From positions 7,117 through 71,116 of the forward strand of contig CAXHJY010001128.1 of NCBI GenBank assembly GCA_964016885.1: DNA of 64,000 nucleotides. The letters are read 5' to 3'. This document shows, one piece after another, positions 50,870-64,000 of the stretch. This DNA comes from Eledone cirrhosa (taxonomy: Eukaryota). Made by a program: the position numbers and the translations under genes. The number at the start of each line of letters is the position of its first letter. Within the stretch, counting starts at the first letter, position 1. The notes beneath the pieces are model-generated. The model was given only the letters and a program-made list of their open reading frames with translations. It was not told the DNA's origin and did not search any database.

Positions 50870-53800
50870 ATGGGGATCTTAACCTTCTCGCTAACTACCC
50901 AATATCCCTCCCACCCGCCCCCACGCACCACCATTATAACGTGGGCCAATCATAAGTCAGAGGCCTATGCTATCGCTTACCTGATTGCCTTTCATGATGG
51001 ATAGACTACGGAATTCTGGAGAGTTTGAAAAGAAAAAATTTGGACACTCAGTGACAATGCCAAAGATAAAGACAAATTCACCTCATGGACGAGAATGCAA
51101 GGACTCCTCCTCTTTGTTTCGGCCGCGGATGGCTAACATACCCCCCCCCCCCCCTGCACCCCACCGCTCCCACCCTCCAAACGCAATCCAAAACTTCAGA
51201 GTTGGTACCATGAATGTAGGCACCTTAAAGGGTCGCTCTAACGAGGTTGTAGAAATGCTTGAACGTAAGGAGGTCGATGTCTGTTGTATTCAAGAGACCA
51301 GGTGGAGGGGAGGGTCTGCTAGATTCATCGTGGGTAAAGAACGATGCTATAAGCTTTTCTGGGTGGGAAATGACAATGGGCTGGGTGGAGTAGGAATCAT
51401 GGTAGCAGAAAAGTGGGCAGATAAGATAATAGACGTAAATAGAGTGAACGACAGAATAATGAAAATAAGACTTGTCCTCAATAGAACTACTGTGACAGTA
51501 ATATCTGCGTACGCACCCCAATCCAGACTGCCCGGCACTATAAAAGACAGATTCTATGAGACACTGATGCTCACTACCTCCCAAATAACTGACAGTGACT
51601 ATATAATTATTGCTGGCGACCTAAATGGTCACGTTGGACAACATTGTGACAGCTATGATGGAATCCATGGAGGCTATGGGTTTGGTACTAGAAATGAGGA
51701 AGGCTCCAGAATCCTGGAATTCTGTGACGCAAATAACCTAACTATCTGTAACACTAACTTCAAAAAACGAGACAATCACTTGATCACCTATGGATCGGGG
51801 AACACACAAGCCAGGTAGATTATATCCTTACCAGGAGACGTGACAGAGTGTCTGTCGTAAACACTAAATCCCTCCCTCATGAAGAATGCACCTCTCAACA
51901 TACTCATAATTAGCGACCTCATAGTCAGGACAAGACGTATTCGACAACAGAAGAGGACTATCCTCAGGAGAAAATTATGGAAATTAAGGGAGCCCGCAGC
52001 CAGTAATAAATTTAAAAGCATATTACTTGATGCTTTTGATAGTAAGGAAGAGCAATTAGTCGTACAATATAGAGGAACAGTGGGAATTCCTGAAAGCTAT
52101 CCTGCTGAAGGCGACAGATGAAACCTATGGCTGGAGCAGGCCTATAGGCAGGAGGAGAGTAACTTGGTGGTGGAACATTAAGGTGGAGAGGTCAATCAAG
52201 GCCAAAAAGCAGGCTTGGAAAGCATGGCGAGATGGGGGAAGTAGAGAAGACTATCAAGTGGCCAGGAGGGAAGCTAGGAGACAAGTGTACTTCGCAAGAA
52301 GGGAAGCAGAGGAAAGAAAGTTCAAGCATGTTCTACAACGCGAGGACCAAAAACGTGAGGTGTTCAGGATTGCTAGGCAATGTGTCAAGGAAAGCAGTGA
52401 TATTGTCGGGGAGAAGTGTGTCCTTAATGATGATGGTGTACTTGCCATCACTGACACTGATAAGAAGGTAGCTTGGAAGTGTCACTACGAAAGGCTACTA
52501 AATGAGGAGAATAATTGGGAGAAAGACAGTCTCCCTCACATCAACCCAATAGAGGGACCAGCAGTGTAAGTTGAAGGTAGTATAATAAGTAAGGCGATCA
52601 AAGACATGAAGACGGGCAAGGCGGCCGGGCCTTCGGAAATAGTTGCCAAAATGCTGAAAGCATCTGGAACGGTGGGACACACTATGGTCACCCAGATAGT
52701 AAACCAAGTCATACAGAATGGGGTCGTTCTGAAGGACTGGCACAGCAGCATCATCATTAACTGCTACAAGGGTAAAGGTGAAGCCCTAGATAGGGGAAAC
52801 TATAGAGGCATTAAATTAATTGACCAGGTCATGAAGGTTGCAGAAAAAGTAATAGCGCAACTAATCAGAGAGCGAATTGATCTAGATGAAATGCAGTTCG
52901 GGTTTGTGTCAGGTAAAAGTACAACAGACGCTCTTTTCATTGTACGACAACTACAGGAGAAGTACCTAGCTAAAAGTAAATCCCTATACTTAGCTTTTGT
53001 TGACTTGGAGAAAGCCTTCGACAGAGTCCCCCGTTCCATTATCTGGTGGGCTCTTAGAAAACTAGGTGTTGATGAATGGCTTGTGAGAGCTATACAAGTC
53101 ATGTATAAAGAAACAGTCAGCAAGGTTAGAATTAACAAAGAATATAGTGAAGAGTTTAGCGTAAAAGTTGTTCATCAGGGCTCCGTCCTTAGCCCCCTAC
53201 TATTTATTATTGCCCTTCAGGCGATAACAGAGGAGTTCAAAACCGGCTGCCCATGGGAACTCCTATATGCAGATGATCTAATGCTCATAGCTGAATCAAT
53301 GGCTGAATTAGAGAAGAAATTCCAAACATGAAAGCATGGCCTAGAATCAAAAGGCCTTAAAGTTAACTTGTCTAAGACTAAAGTTCTAGTTTGTAGGAAG
53401 GAAAATAAGGCACCGGTCCCATCTGGGAAATGGCCATGCTCAGTGTGTAGGAAAGGAATAGGTAGAAACTCCATTTTATGTCCCAAATGCAAAGATGTAG
53501 TGGGATCACAGGTAAGCTAACTAAGAATATAGATTTTATATGTGGCTGGTGCTCTGGTGCAATAAGTAGCAACAAGTGCCCACAGAATACTAACTCATTC
53601 TATTGCACAGATGGTTCTATAGAAATAGTGGACAGCTTCCGTTACCTGGGTGACAAAATCAGCAGTGGGGGAGGGTGCTCTGAAAGTACAGTAGCTAGAG
53701 TCAGAACGGGATGGAAAAAGTTCAGAGAGCTTATACCACTATTGGTCGCTAAAGGGTTTCTCTAAAAATGAAAGGCAGGCTGTATGATGCCTGCATACGA

Positions 53801-54586
53801 ACAGCAATGTTACATGGCAGTGAGACCTGGGCATTGTGTGCAGAGGATATACGCAGACTGGAGAGAAACGAAGCTTGCATGCTCCGCTGGATGTGTAATA
53901 GTAATATACGTGAACGGCAAAGCATAAACGAACTAAGGGAGAAATTAGGAATAAGAGGGATCAGATGTTGTTTACTCGAGAGAAGACTACGTTGGTATGG
54001 TCACGTGATGCGCATGAAAGACGACAGCTGTATAAAAAAGTGCAGGGCAATAAAAATAGACGGTAGCCACGAAGTAGGCAGACCCAGAAAAACCTGGGAT
54101 GACTTGATAAATTCCGACCTCACACACTTACACCTCTCCAAGACAATGTCACTGGACCGAGATCCTTGGCGCTACACAGTAATAGAGAAGACGCGCCTTA
54201 CCTAAGTGCAAAGTGAAACCTACTACAGTCAGGAGGCACCTCTAACAAAATACACCCCCGTCCCACTACCCCCACCCCATCCACACCACCCCTTTCAATG
54301 TAAAGTTGTTGGTACCACAACATCCAGCCCGAAACAAATGAGGTCGTGTAGGTGTCAAGACAAAAAAACACAGTCCACGCTGTAATGTGGCCGTGTAGGT
54401 AACACGGTAAAAACCTCCCAGTCCACACTGTAAATGTGGTTGGTGTTAGGAAGGGCATCCAGCCGTAGAAAACCTGCCAGACAGTCCTATGCCTCAACCA
54501 CTCTTGCTTCAGGTGGGAAAACTCCCGTCCAAACCCATGCAAGCGTGGAATATGGACGTTAAACGATGATGATGATGATGATGATC
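50870..54586 (+). mobile_element. Near full-length but inactivated RTE LINE (family B) with ~360-nt 3'UTR and (GAT)n tail
   Basis: Complete APE N-terminus (VGTMNVGTL, VCCIQETRW, GDLNGHVG) and RT (QFGF, DLEKAFD, HQGSVLSPLLF, YADD), broken by frameshifts and stops (~51815, ~51905, ~52065, 52567, 53329, ~53490, ~53760). ORF ends at 54205; tail 54565-54586. The 5' boundary is uncertain. Confidence 0.93.
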
Positions 54587-54621
54587 TATACATTTATATA
54601 TATATATTTATATATATATGT

Positions 54622-54985
54622 ATATACGATATTAATAAATGGAAACTATATTTATAAAACCATATTTATTTCATTATACATATTTCAGGGATACCAAATT
54701 AAAATATGGTATGCCTTCATCAGACATAATACAATATATAAACAGTTTTATAAATAATTTTGACGTTCCCTATTAAATGCAACCATTATTTTTGGAAGCT
54801 GTCTGGATAGTGAAATGTTTATATTATTTTATTAGTTATATTGTTAAGCACAATTAGAAAAAGACGGAGCGAAAAAACGGAGAGAGAGAAGGAGAGAGAA
54901 AGAAGGTATTTGGTATCCCTGAAATATGTATAATGAAATAAATATGGTTTTATAAATATAGTTTCCATTTATTAATATCGTATAT
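54622..54985 (-). mobile_element. Miniature Penelope-like pseudo-LTR insertion with 78-bp inverted ends
   Basis: 54622-54699 is the reverse complement of 54908-54985. Both match the outer ends of the pseudo-LTRs at 57590 and 61725. Confidence 0.8.
54661..54738 (-). ncRNA. Type I hammerhead ribozyme
   Basis: UAUUAUGU CUGAUGA AGGCAUACCA-loop-UGGUAUCCCU GAAA UAUGU AUA| AUGAAAUA; core at 54723-54717 and 54686-54683. Confidence 0.8.
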
Positions 54986-55068
54986 CTACTCCAAAAACTT
55001 GTCGAGTGCTTTATATCAGTTATAAAATATTTACTTGTTGTATCCCAACAATTTTAAATAGAACTTTT

Positions 55069-55191
55069 GCATATATATGTATATATATATATATGTATTT
55101 ATATATATATTTATATATATATATATATGTATTTTTATATATATATTTATATATATATATATATGTATTTATATATATGTATTTATATATA

Positions 55192-55261
<70 letters not shown>

Positions 55262-55455
55262 GGAACAAGTAAGATTGGGTAATAGGAACAAGTAAGACCC
55301 CGACGGTTGAGCTCAAGCCGTCGGGGTCTTGTTCCTATTACCCACTCTACTACACTAAGTATTGAGTACTTTGGAGCGTTATGGTCCACCTGGTTCCTTA
55401 CTACATTTCCTTCGTTATATATTTATATATATATATATATATATATTTTTATATA

Positions 55456-55497
<42 letters not shown>
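55069..55497. repeat. (TA)n/TTTA microsatellites flanking a palindromic island (55260-55415)
   Basis: Direct reading. Confidence 0.9.
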
Positions 55498-56019
55498 GAT
55501 ATAAATACGGCTCCTTAATTGGAGAGCTATTTCTGTTGAAGGGAATTTGACTGCTATTTCTAGTTGTCGAAAACCTATTCACGCCACTGAAATGAAGCTG
55601 CTGTGATGTGTAGAGGCAACACGTGGTAGCGGATAGTTGAAGATTTGAACTCGCTGTGTGAGCATGGATCGCTGGACATTATTCTTCCTTGTTGACAATC
55701 CAATAATATCCACTTTCCGTGACTTACCATCTGATTAATTGGTGAAATATATTTCTTTAATGGGATATATACAGGGAAGATTAATCATACTTAAAGGTAT
55801 ATGTTTATTTGTACCCAACTAGCCATGCGTGGTTACACGCTTGTAAAAATTATCTCCTGTGATTATCCATGTATATATATGTTAATAAATTTCTAGTTAT
55901 TATAAAATGCTCGGACATATCTTTGACCTTATTTCCATGCGATATGGCGCACGCCGTTATGGCACGACACCCACAATTTCGATTTAGATTAAATTCATTT
56001 AATTTATCTTAATTTTGGA

Positions 56020-56069
56020 TATAGATATATATATATTTATATATATATATATTTATATATATATATATT

Positions 56070-56102
<33 letters not shown>

Positions 56103-56195
56103 ATATATTTATTTATATATATATATTTATTTATATATATATTTATATTTATATATATATATTTATATATATATATATTTATATATATATATATT

Positions 56196-56252
<57 letters not shown>

Positions 56253-56253
56253 T

Positions 56254-56284
<31 letters not shown>

Positions 56285-56331
56285 ATATTTATATATATTT
56301 ATATATATATATATTTATATTTATATATATT

Positions 56332-56362
<31 letters not shown>

Positions 56363-56451
56363 ATTTATATATTTATATATATATATTTATATATTTATAT
56401 ATATATTTATATATATATTTATATATATATTTATATATATATTTATATATA

Positions 56452-56496
<45 letters not shown>

Positions 56497-57590
56497 ATAT
56501 TTATATATATATATATTTATATATATATATATTTATATTTATATATATATTTATATATATATATATTTATATATATATATATTTATATATATATATATAT
56601 ATATTTATATATTTATATATATATATATATATATTTATATATTTATATATATATATATATATATTTATATATTTATATATATATATATATATATTTATAT
56701 ATTTATATTTATATATATTTATATATATATATATTTATATATATATTTATATATATATATATTTATATATATATATATTTATATATATATATTTATATAT
56801 ATTTATATATATATATATTTATATATATATATTTATATATATATATTTATATATATATATATTTATATATATATATTTATATATATATATATTTATATAT
56901 ATATATTTATATATATATTTATATATATATTTATATATATATTTATATATATTTATATATATATTTATATATATTTATATATATTTATATATATATATAT
57001 TTATATATATATTTATATATATATATATTTATATATATATTTATATATATATATATTTATATATATATATATTTATATATATATTTATATATATTTATAT
57101 ATATATATATTTATATATATATTTATATATATTTATATATATATATATTTATATATATATATATTTATATATATATTTATATATATTTATATATATATAT
57201 ATTTATATATATATTTATATATATATATATTTATATATATATTTATATATATATATATTTATATATATATTTATATATATATATATTTATATATATATTT
57301 ATATATATATATATTTATATATATATTTATATATATATATATTTATATATATATTTATATATATATATATTTATATATATATTTATATATATATATATTT
57401 ATATATATATTTATATATATATTTATATATATATATATTTATATATATATTTATATATATATTTATATATATATATATTTATATATATATTTATATATAT
57501 ATATATTTATATATATATATATATACATTTATATATTTATATATATATATATATACATTTATATATACATTTATATATATATATTTATAT
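56020..57590. repeat. (TA)n microsatellite with TTTA interruptions
   Basis: Direct reading; essentially only A>T interruptions. Confidence 0.97.
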
Positions 57591-57626
57591 ACAATATTAA
57601 ATAAATGGAAACTATATTTATAAAAC

Positions 57627-57705
57627 CATATCTATTTCATTATATATATTTCGGGGATATCATATTAACAATATGCTATGCCTTCCTCAGACAAAATACA
57701 ATATA
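57627..57705 (-). ncRNA. Type I hammerhead ribozyme in the 3' pseudo-LTR
   Basis: UAUUUUGU CUGAGGA AGGCAUAGCAUAUU-GUU-AAUAUGAUAUCCCC GAAA UAUAU AUA| AUGAAAUA; first stem II pair mismatched. Confidence 0.7.
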
Positions 57706-59137
57706 AACAGTTTTATAGATAGATAGATTCGACATACCGTTATAACACCGACTTGCATTTGAAGAGGTTAAGCTGGCAGTGAAAACATTTTACACAGAGA
57801 GAAAGAAAGATAGAAAAAAGAAAGAAAGACAGAAAACGAAGAAAAGGAAGAAAAAGAAGAAATGCATGGAACAAAATAGAGAGATGGAAAGATAGATAAA
57901 GAGAAGAACTTCATGTAAAGAAACAGAAAAAGATATATATATATATATAGAGAGAGAGAGAGGAAATAGAGATAGATACATATATATATAGAAAATTAGG
58001 TAGTGGGAGGTCATTTTGAGTAAATGTATCAATGATACATTTATTTATTTATTTATTTATTTAGCTCTAGTATTAATGTAAGGGAGATATATAGAGAGAG
58101 AAAAAAATATATAGAGAGAAAAAATAGCGAGAGAAAAAATTTAAAAATAGCCAGATATATTCGAGGCGTAAAAACCCTATATTTTAATGTATTAGTATTT
58201 ATAAAACTTCCACTATATTGTAAATATCAGTATTCCTGAATGAGACAAGTACCCATAGTGTGTGAAAATTAATTATCTTATGTTTAGTTTTTTAAAAAAA
58301 ATTCATATGTTTATGTAATAGCTATAAACATCCATGTGAATCCACATGAACAACTCTGCAAACTCTAAGTTCACGGAAAACATTCTCAATGTGGTATAAA
58401 AATTTGAGTATACATATATGTGTATTATTATTTCTGTCTTTACTCTAAAAGATTATCTATCAAGCAGAAATAGAAAGCAGATTTCAATATACTAATAAAA
58501 ATATATATCAGAAACAAAACTAAAAAAATAAATAAACAACAATAATAATAATAAGTAATAATAAAATAGAAAACTAACAAAATATTACGAAAGAATATTA
58601 CATATTAAAAATATTACATATTAAAAAAATATTACGTATTAAAAAATATTACGTATTAAAAAATTTAAAAAATTTACATATTAAAGATATTAAAAATAAA
58701 GATATTAAAAATAAAAATAAAAATAAAGAATATTATAAAATACTACAATAATAAAAAAATAAAAAATAAAAATAAAAATAAACCACAAAGATCAACCCTT
58801 CAAAATTAATTGACAATATATTGCCAAGTTCATTATAAGACAAAGCCAAAAATTATCTATCAAATCATATCTGGCAAAGATCATTTCAAAAAGTTTATGA
58901 TGTCCAATTAGGTCTACATGTGTTCTTATATTTAATATAGAAGTTTATCTAGTGTAAGGTTTATTCACAATATTTGGAGCATCAGCTTTTAGGGTAGCTT
59001 AATTTTTCATGAGGAATGTTTAAATAAAAATAAAATAAAAATAAACAATAAAAAGAATAAAAAGAAGGAATCAAAAATTTAGGAATCAAAAATTTATCGG
59101 CTAGTTTCCCATATAAATATAAATCAAACTAAATATA

Positions 59138-60788
59138 CTACATTTTAAATTTAAATTTATATTTAAACGTTGAGTTTAATCTATGTTTGCAACAACTGAA
59201 TAAATTTGTCCGTAGATTAAGGGAATTTTTAGATTTTAGTATAAAGAATATCTCCTCTGCGCAGAGGTCACATGTCTCAGAGGATGAATTAAAAGGAATC
59301 CCTCTTGAGACTATATTCCAAGCCGTCGAATATCTAACGTTATCTAGCTTAAGTTGCCATAGTACGCCTGATAGTGCCGTTGAAGATTTTTTACTTGGAT
59401 CTGTGAAAGAATTCTTGTGGTTATTATAGCAAAGTTTAAATTCCGTCGATGTGGAACCGACGTAGTTAAAAGAATTAGTCAGTATTAACATTACAATTGT
59501 ATACTATATTTTTAACTAAGCAGTTGTTATTTAACGGACATTTAGATCTATCTCTACAGTTACATTTGTTAACTTGTATATTATTTATGCTGTTATCACT
59601 AGGTTTTAAGTTCCTATTATTTATTCTATTGATATTTTGTGCTAAATTTTTGGTGGATGAGTAGGTTAATTTAATTGTATGTCTATTGAAAATTGAGTGA
59701 TATCTATGTGTTCTAGGGAAGCGATTATCAAGAGCTTTAAAAAATAGTTTAGCGATGTGGGTTTTAATGTTTAGTGAGAAAGGGGGGGCAAACCAAATTA
59801 TGTTCCTAGTTCTATTTCTTTTTGGCCTTTGGAATTATTGTAATGCTTTCTATTATAGTTGTTAAGGATGTTGCCGTAATTAAAAAAGTTGTTACTTTGT
59901 TTAGTTTGTCTATCATTATCTATGTACACAATCTTATCAGCATATCCTGCTCTAGCTAATGCTTCATTGTAGTATTGGGCTTTTTCGTCGAAAATCTTTC
60001 TATTCGACGAGATCCTAGAGATACGTTTTTGGACAGAGTTTACTATAGTGTTTTTGACAGATCTGGGGTGGTTAGAGTTAAAGTTTACATAGTTTAAGTT
60101 TTCATTCAACTTGTGAAAAGGATAGTGAAGACATGTGTTGAGATTTAATGTTATATCTAGGAAATTGACTATTCTATGGTTGTTTTCAATTTCTATTTTA
60201 AGATTAAAGTAATTAAAAAATTGTGTAATTTGTTTACATTTTCTATTTAGTTCAGAGTTATTATTATCAATAAGTAAAAGCATGTCGTCTCTATATAAAC
60301 CTCCGGTAGTACCGGGTATTTTCCTATGTAGCGAATTGATTAAAAATAAACCCACAAGGTCAGTTACCTGGGCTGAGTCGGATGATCCCATAGTAATGTC
60401 AAAATTGCTATCTCTATCTGCTCTGGTCCATAGTTGGTCATTAAATTCTATCAAAGTTTTCCTAGCCGATAATATAATATGCATTTCATTGCTAGTTAGG
60501 TCAGTATGTTTGAATGCGTAATTTAGTGCCTTATTTAGTAGATTAGGGGTAATAGAAGAATAATAGTTAGCTATATCAAGTTGAATAAACTTATTATTAT
60601 TGTTATATTTAATTTGCTTAAACCACTCAACGACTTCTCCAGTTCCCTTCCACAAGCTCAGGTTAGATAAACAATCCAAGTTCTTAATTTGCTGTATCAC
60701 CCTGTCAAGAATGTTTTTGCTTAATTTGCCCAGGTCCGATTTTGATGGTGCGATCAATCTAACTGGCAGGTCATTTTCAAAATTCCGC
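59138..60788 (-). pseudogene. Penelope-like RT + C-terminal GIY-YIG endonuclease (probably Nematis-type), two frameshifts (~59820, ~59480)
   Basis: RT: PVRLIAPSKSDLGKLSK, FIQLDIANYYSSI, FDITMGSSD.A, GLYRDD, VNFLDITL, YVNFNSNHP. Linker IIWFAPPFS..CNCR..CPL..CL. EN: NIVY..YVGST..FK..H..SF, CDLC..E, LN..CCKH. Clade label is from memory of motif patterns. Confidence 0.9.
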
Positions 60789-61613
60789 TTTTATTAGTAT
60801 ATTGAAATCTGGTCTATCTTTGCTTGATAGATAATCTTGTAGAGTAGAGACAGAAATAGTAATATTGACTCTATATACACATATATGTATACTTAAATTT
60901 TTATACCGCATTGAGAATACTTTCCGTGAACTTAGGGTTTGCAGAATTGATCATGTACATTCACATAGATGTTTGTAATTATCACATAAACATATGAATT
61001 TTTTAAAAAACTAAACATAAGATCATTAATTTTCACACACTGGATACATATCTCATTCAGGAATACTGATATTTGCAATGCAGAGGCTGGTTTTGTAAAT
61101 ACTAATACCTCTACATTAAAACAGAGGTTGGTACGCCTCGCCTGTGTCTGGATATTTTTGAATTTTCTCTATATTTTTTCTCTCCCTATATAACAGCTGG
61201 TTTTCCCTCCATATATTTCCCTTACATTAATACTAGAGCTAAATAAATAAATAAATAAATAAATGTATCATTAATACGTTATTCAACAGTCGTCCCACTA
61301 CCTAGCTTTCTATATATGTATCTATCTCTATTTCCTCTCTCTCTATATATATATATATATCTCTTTCTGTTTCTTTACATGAAGTTCTTCTCTTTATCTA
61401 TCTTTCCATCTCTCTATTTTGTTCCATGCATTTCTTCTTTTTCTTTTTCTTTTTCTTCGTTTTCTGTCTTTCTTTCCTTTTTTTCTCTCTTTTTTCTCTC
61501 TTTCTCTCTCTTTCTTTCTCTCTGTGTACAATTTTGTCACAACCAAATCAACCTTCTCAAATGCAAGTAGATGTTGTTACGGTATGTCGAATCTATTTAT
61601 CTATAAAACTGTT

Positions 61614-61691
61614 TATATTGTATTTTGTCTGAGGAAGGCATAGCATATTGTTAATGTTATCCCTGAAATATATATAATGAAATAAATATGG
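61614..61691 (+). ncRNA. Type I hammerhead ribozyme in the inverted pseudo-LTR
   Basis: Stem I 61621-61628/61677-61684; CUGAGGA 61629-61635; stem II 61636-61664; GAAA 61665-61668; predicted cleavage after 61676 (AUA). Confidence 0.8.
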
Positions 61692-61726
61692 TTTTATAAA
61701 TATACTTTCCATTTATTTAATATTGT

Positions 61727-62599
61727 ATATATATATATATAAAACTGTGGTTGTCTGTCTGTCTATCGATTTTTGGCACACATCTCCTCTTAGAATCTCT
61801 GACGGAATTGCACCGAAATTGCTATACTTGTACATTGAGCCCTAGCGAAGACATCGGAAAAAAAATATTTCAAATTGACCCACCCTATGTGACGAAATCG
61901 AATATAATGTATCGATTTTTGAGCGTAAGTTATCAGTTATTTCCCTTTGTTCTGTTTACATTGAGCGTCTTACGTAAAAAATTACGCTGGCTTTCTCAGC
62001 GTTTAAAATGACATTAACACAATACACGAACAGTTGTCGAGCCAGCAAAATATTGACCTGCAAAATTCATCAGTTCGAACACTAAGCTTCCGTTTTGCTT
62101 CATTTCCATTTAAAAGCATTTTAAAACAATATTTTTACTTGAAAACAAGTCTATTTAAAGACTCCGTAAAACAAGCAAATATTTCGTCGTTAGGCGTGCA
62201 GACACAGTCGTGCAGACACAGCCGTGCAGAGAGGTGATATAGGCGTGCAGACAGACAGTCGTGCAGAGAGGTGATATAGGCGTGCAGACAGACATAACTG
62301 ATAATTTGGTTACGCTAATGTTTTTCTCTGCGTTGCAGTGTTTACATTTTCGATCTTTGTTAATAAATAACCAGTGCAGTTTCTATCCCCATCATCCTCT
62401 TTTGTTATAACATTCGGGTTATCGTTATGTTTTCTTAACTTCATAAGGCATATTGTTGGTTGAGGGAATATTAATCAAAAACACCACATGCAAGTCTGCA
62501 CAGTAGACACTACAGTTTTTAAGCCAAGAAAGAAACTTAACATTGTAACTTTAACACAGCTACTGAGCGACCCCGAGCAACGCCGAGCTTTACTGCTAG
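61727..62599 (+). mobile_element. Non-autonomous Helitron inserted in (TA)n
   Basis: TATATATAAAACTG.. start like 32654; ends CCCGAGCAACGCCGAG..CTAG|T; internal GTGCAGA tandem repeats at 62191-62293. Confidence 0.8.

Positions 62600-64000
<1,401 letters not shown>

Larger units (their letters stand above)
57590..61726 (-). mobile_element. Penelope-like retroelement, 5'-truncated, with inverted pseudo-LTRs (57590-58500 and 60789-61726)
   Basis: RT + GIY-YIG coding region on the minus strand. The flanks are reverse complements along ~0.9 kb, and both outer ends abut (TA)n. Confidence 0.92.

Noticed and set aside
55818-55845. Possible Helitron 3' end on the minus strand (GCGTG-TAAC-CACGC..CTAG|T)
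   Set aside because: Too short, no matching 5' end identified.
56015-57604. 529-aa YIF-repeat ORF (and similar ORFs at 55.0-55.5 kb and 62.5-62.9 kb)
   Set aside because: Translation of (TA)n/TTTA microsatellite.

Overview
This is a repeat-saturated, AT-rich eukaryotic (animal) window with no recognisable host gene, rRNA, tRNA gene or CRISPR array. The repeat repertoire suggests a mollusc, most likely a cephalopod (inference only). About 40% is (TA)n-derived microsatellite (1-21.2 kb, 55-57.6 kb, 62.6-64 kb), which produces all the long Tyr/Ile-rich pseudo-ORFs. The real coding remnants are retrotransposons. There are two long RTE-clade LINEs (24.7-27.6 kb and ~50.9-54.6 kb; APE endonuclease + RT + PHD-like finger, (GAT)n tails) plus many truncated copies. 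A cluster from a second RTE-like family with C2H2 fingers, including an internally deleted 5'+3' (bipartite) copy, lies at 20-22.6 kb. A Penelope-like element (RT + C-terminal GIY-YIG, minus strand, 59.1-60.8 kb) is bracketed by ~0.9-kb inverted pseudo-LTRs. Each pseudo-LTR carries a type I hammerhead ribozyme motif ~50 nt from its outer end, and further hammerhead motifs occur at 54.7 kb and 27.8 kb. The microsatellites flanking the Penelope element are themselves mirror images of each other. Also present are two non-autonomous Helitrons, tRNA-derived SINEs, TTAA-type MITEs and a probable 9-bp-TSD DNA transposon. All alignments and folds were done by eye; boundaries are approximate unless stated otherwise.
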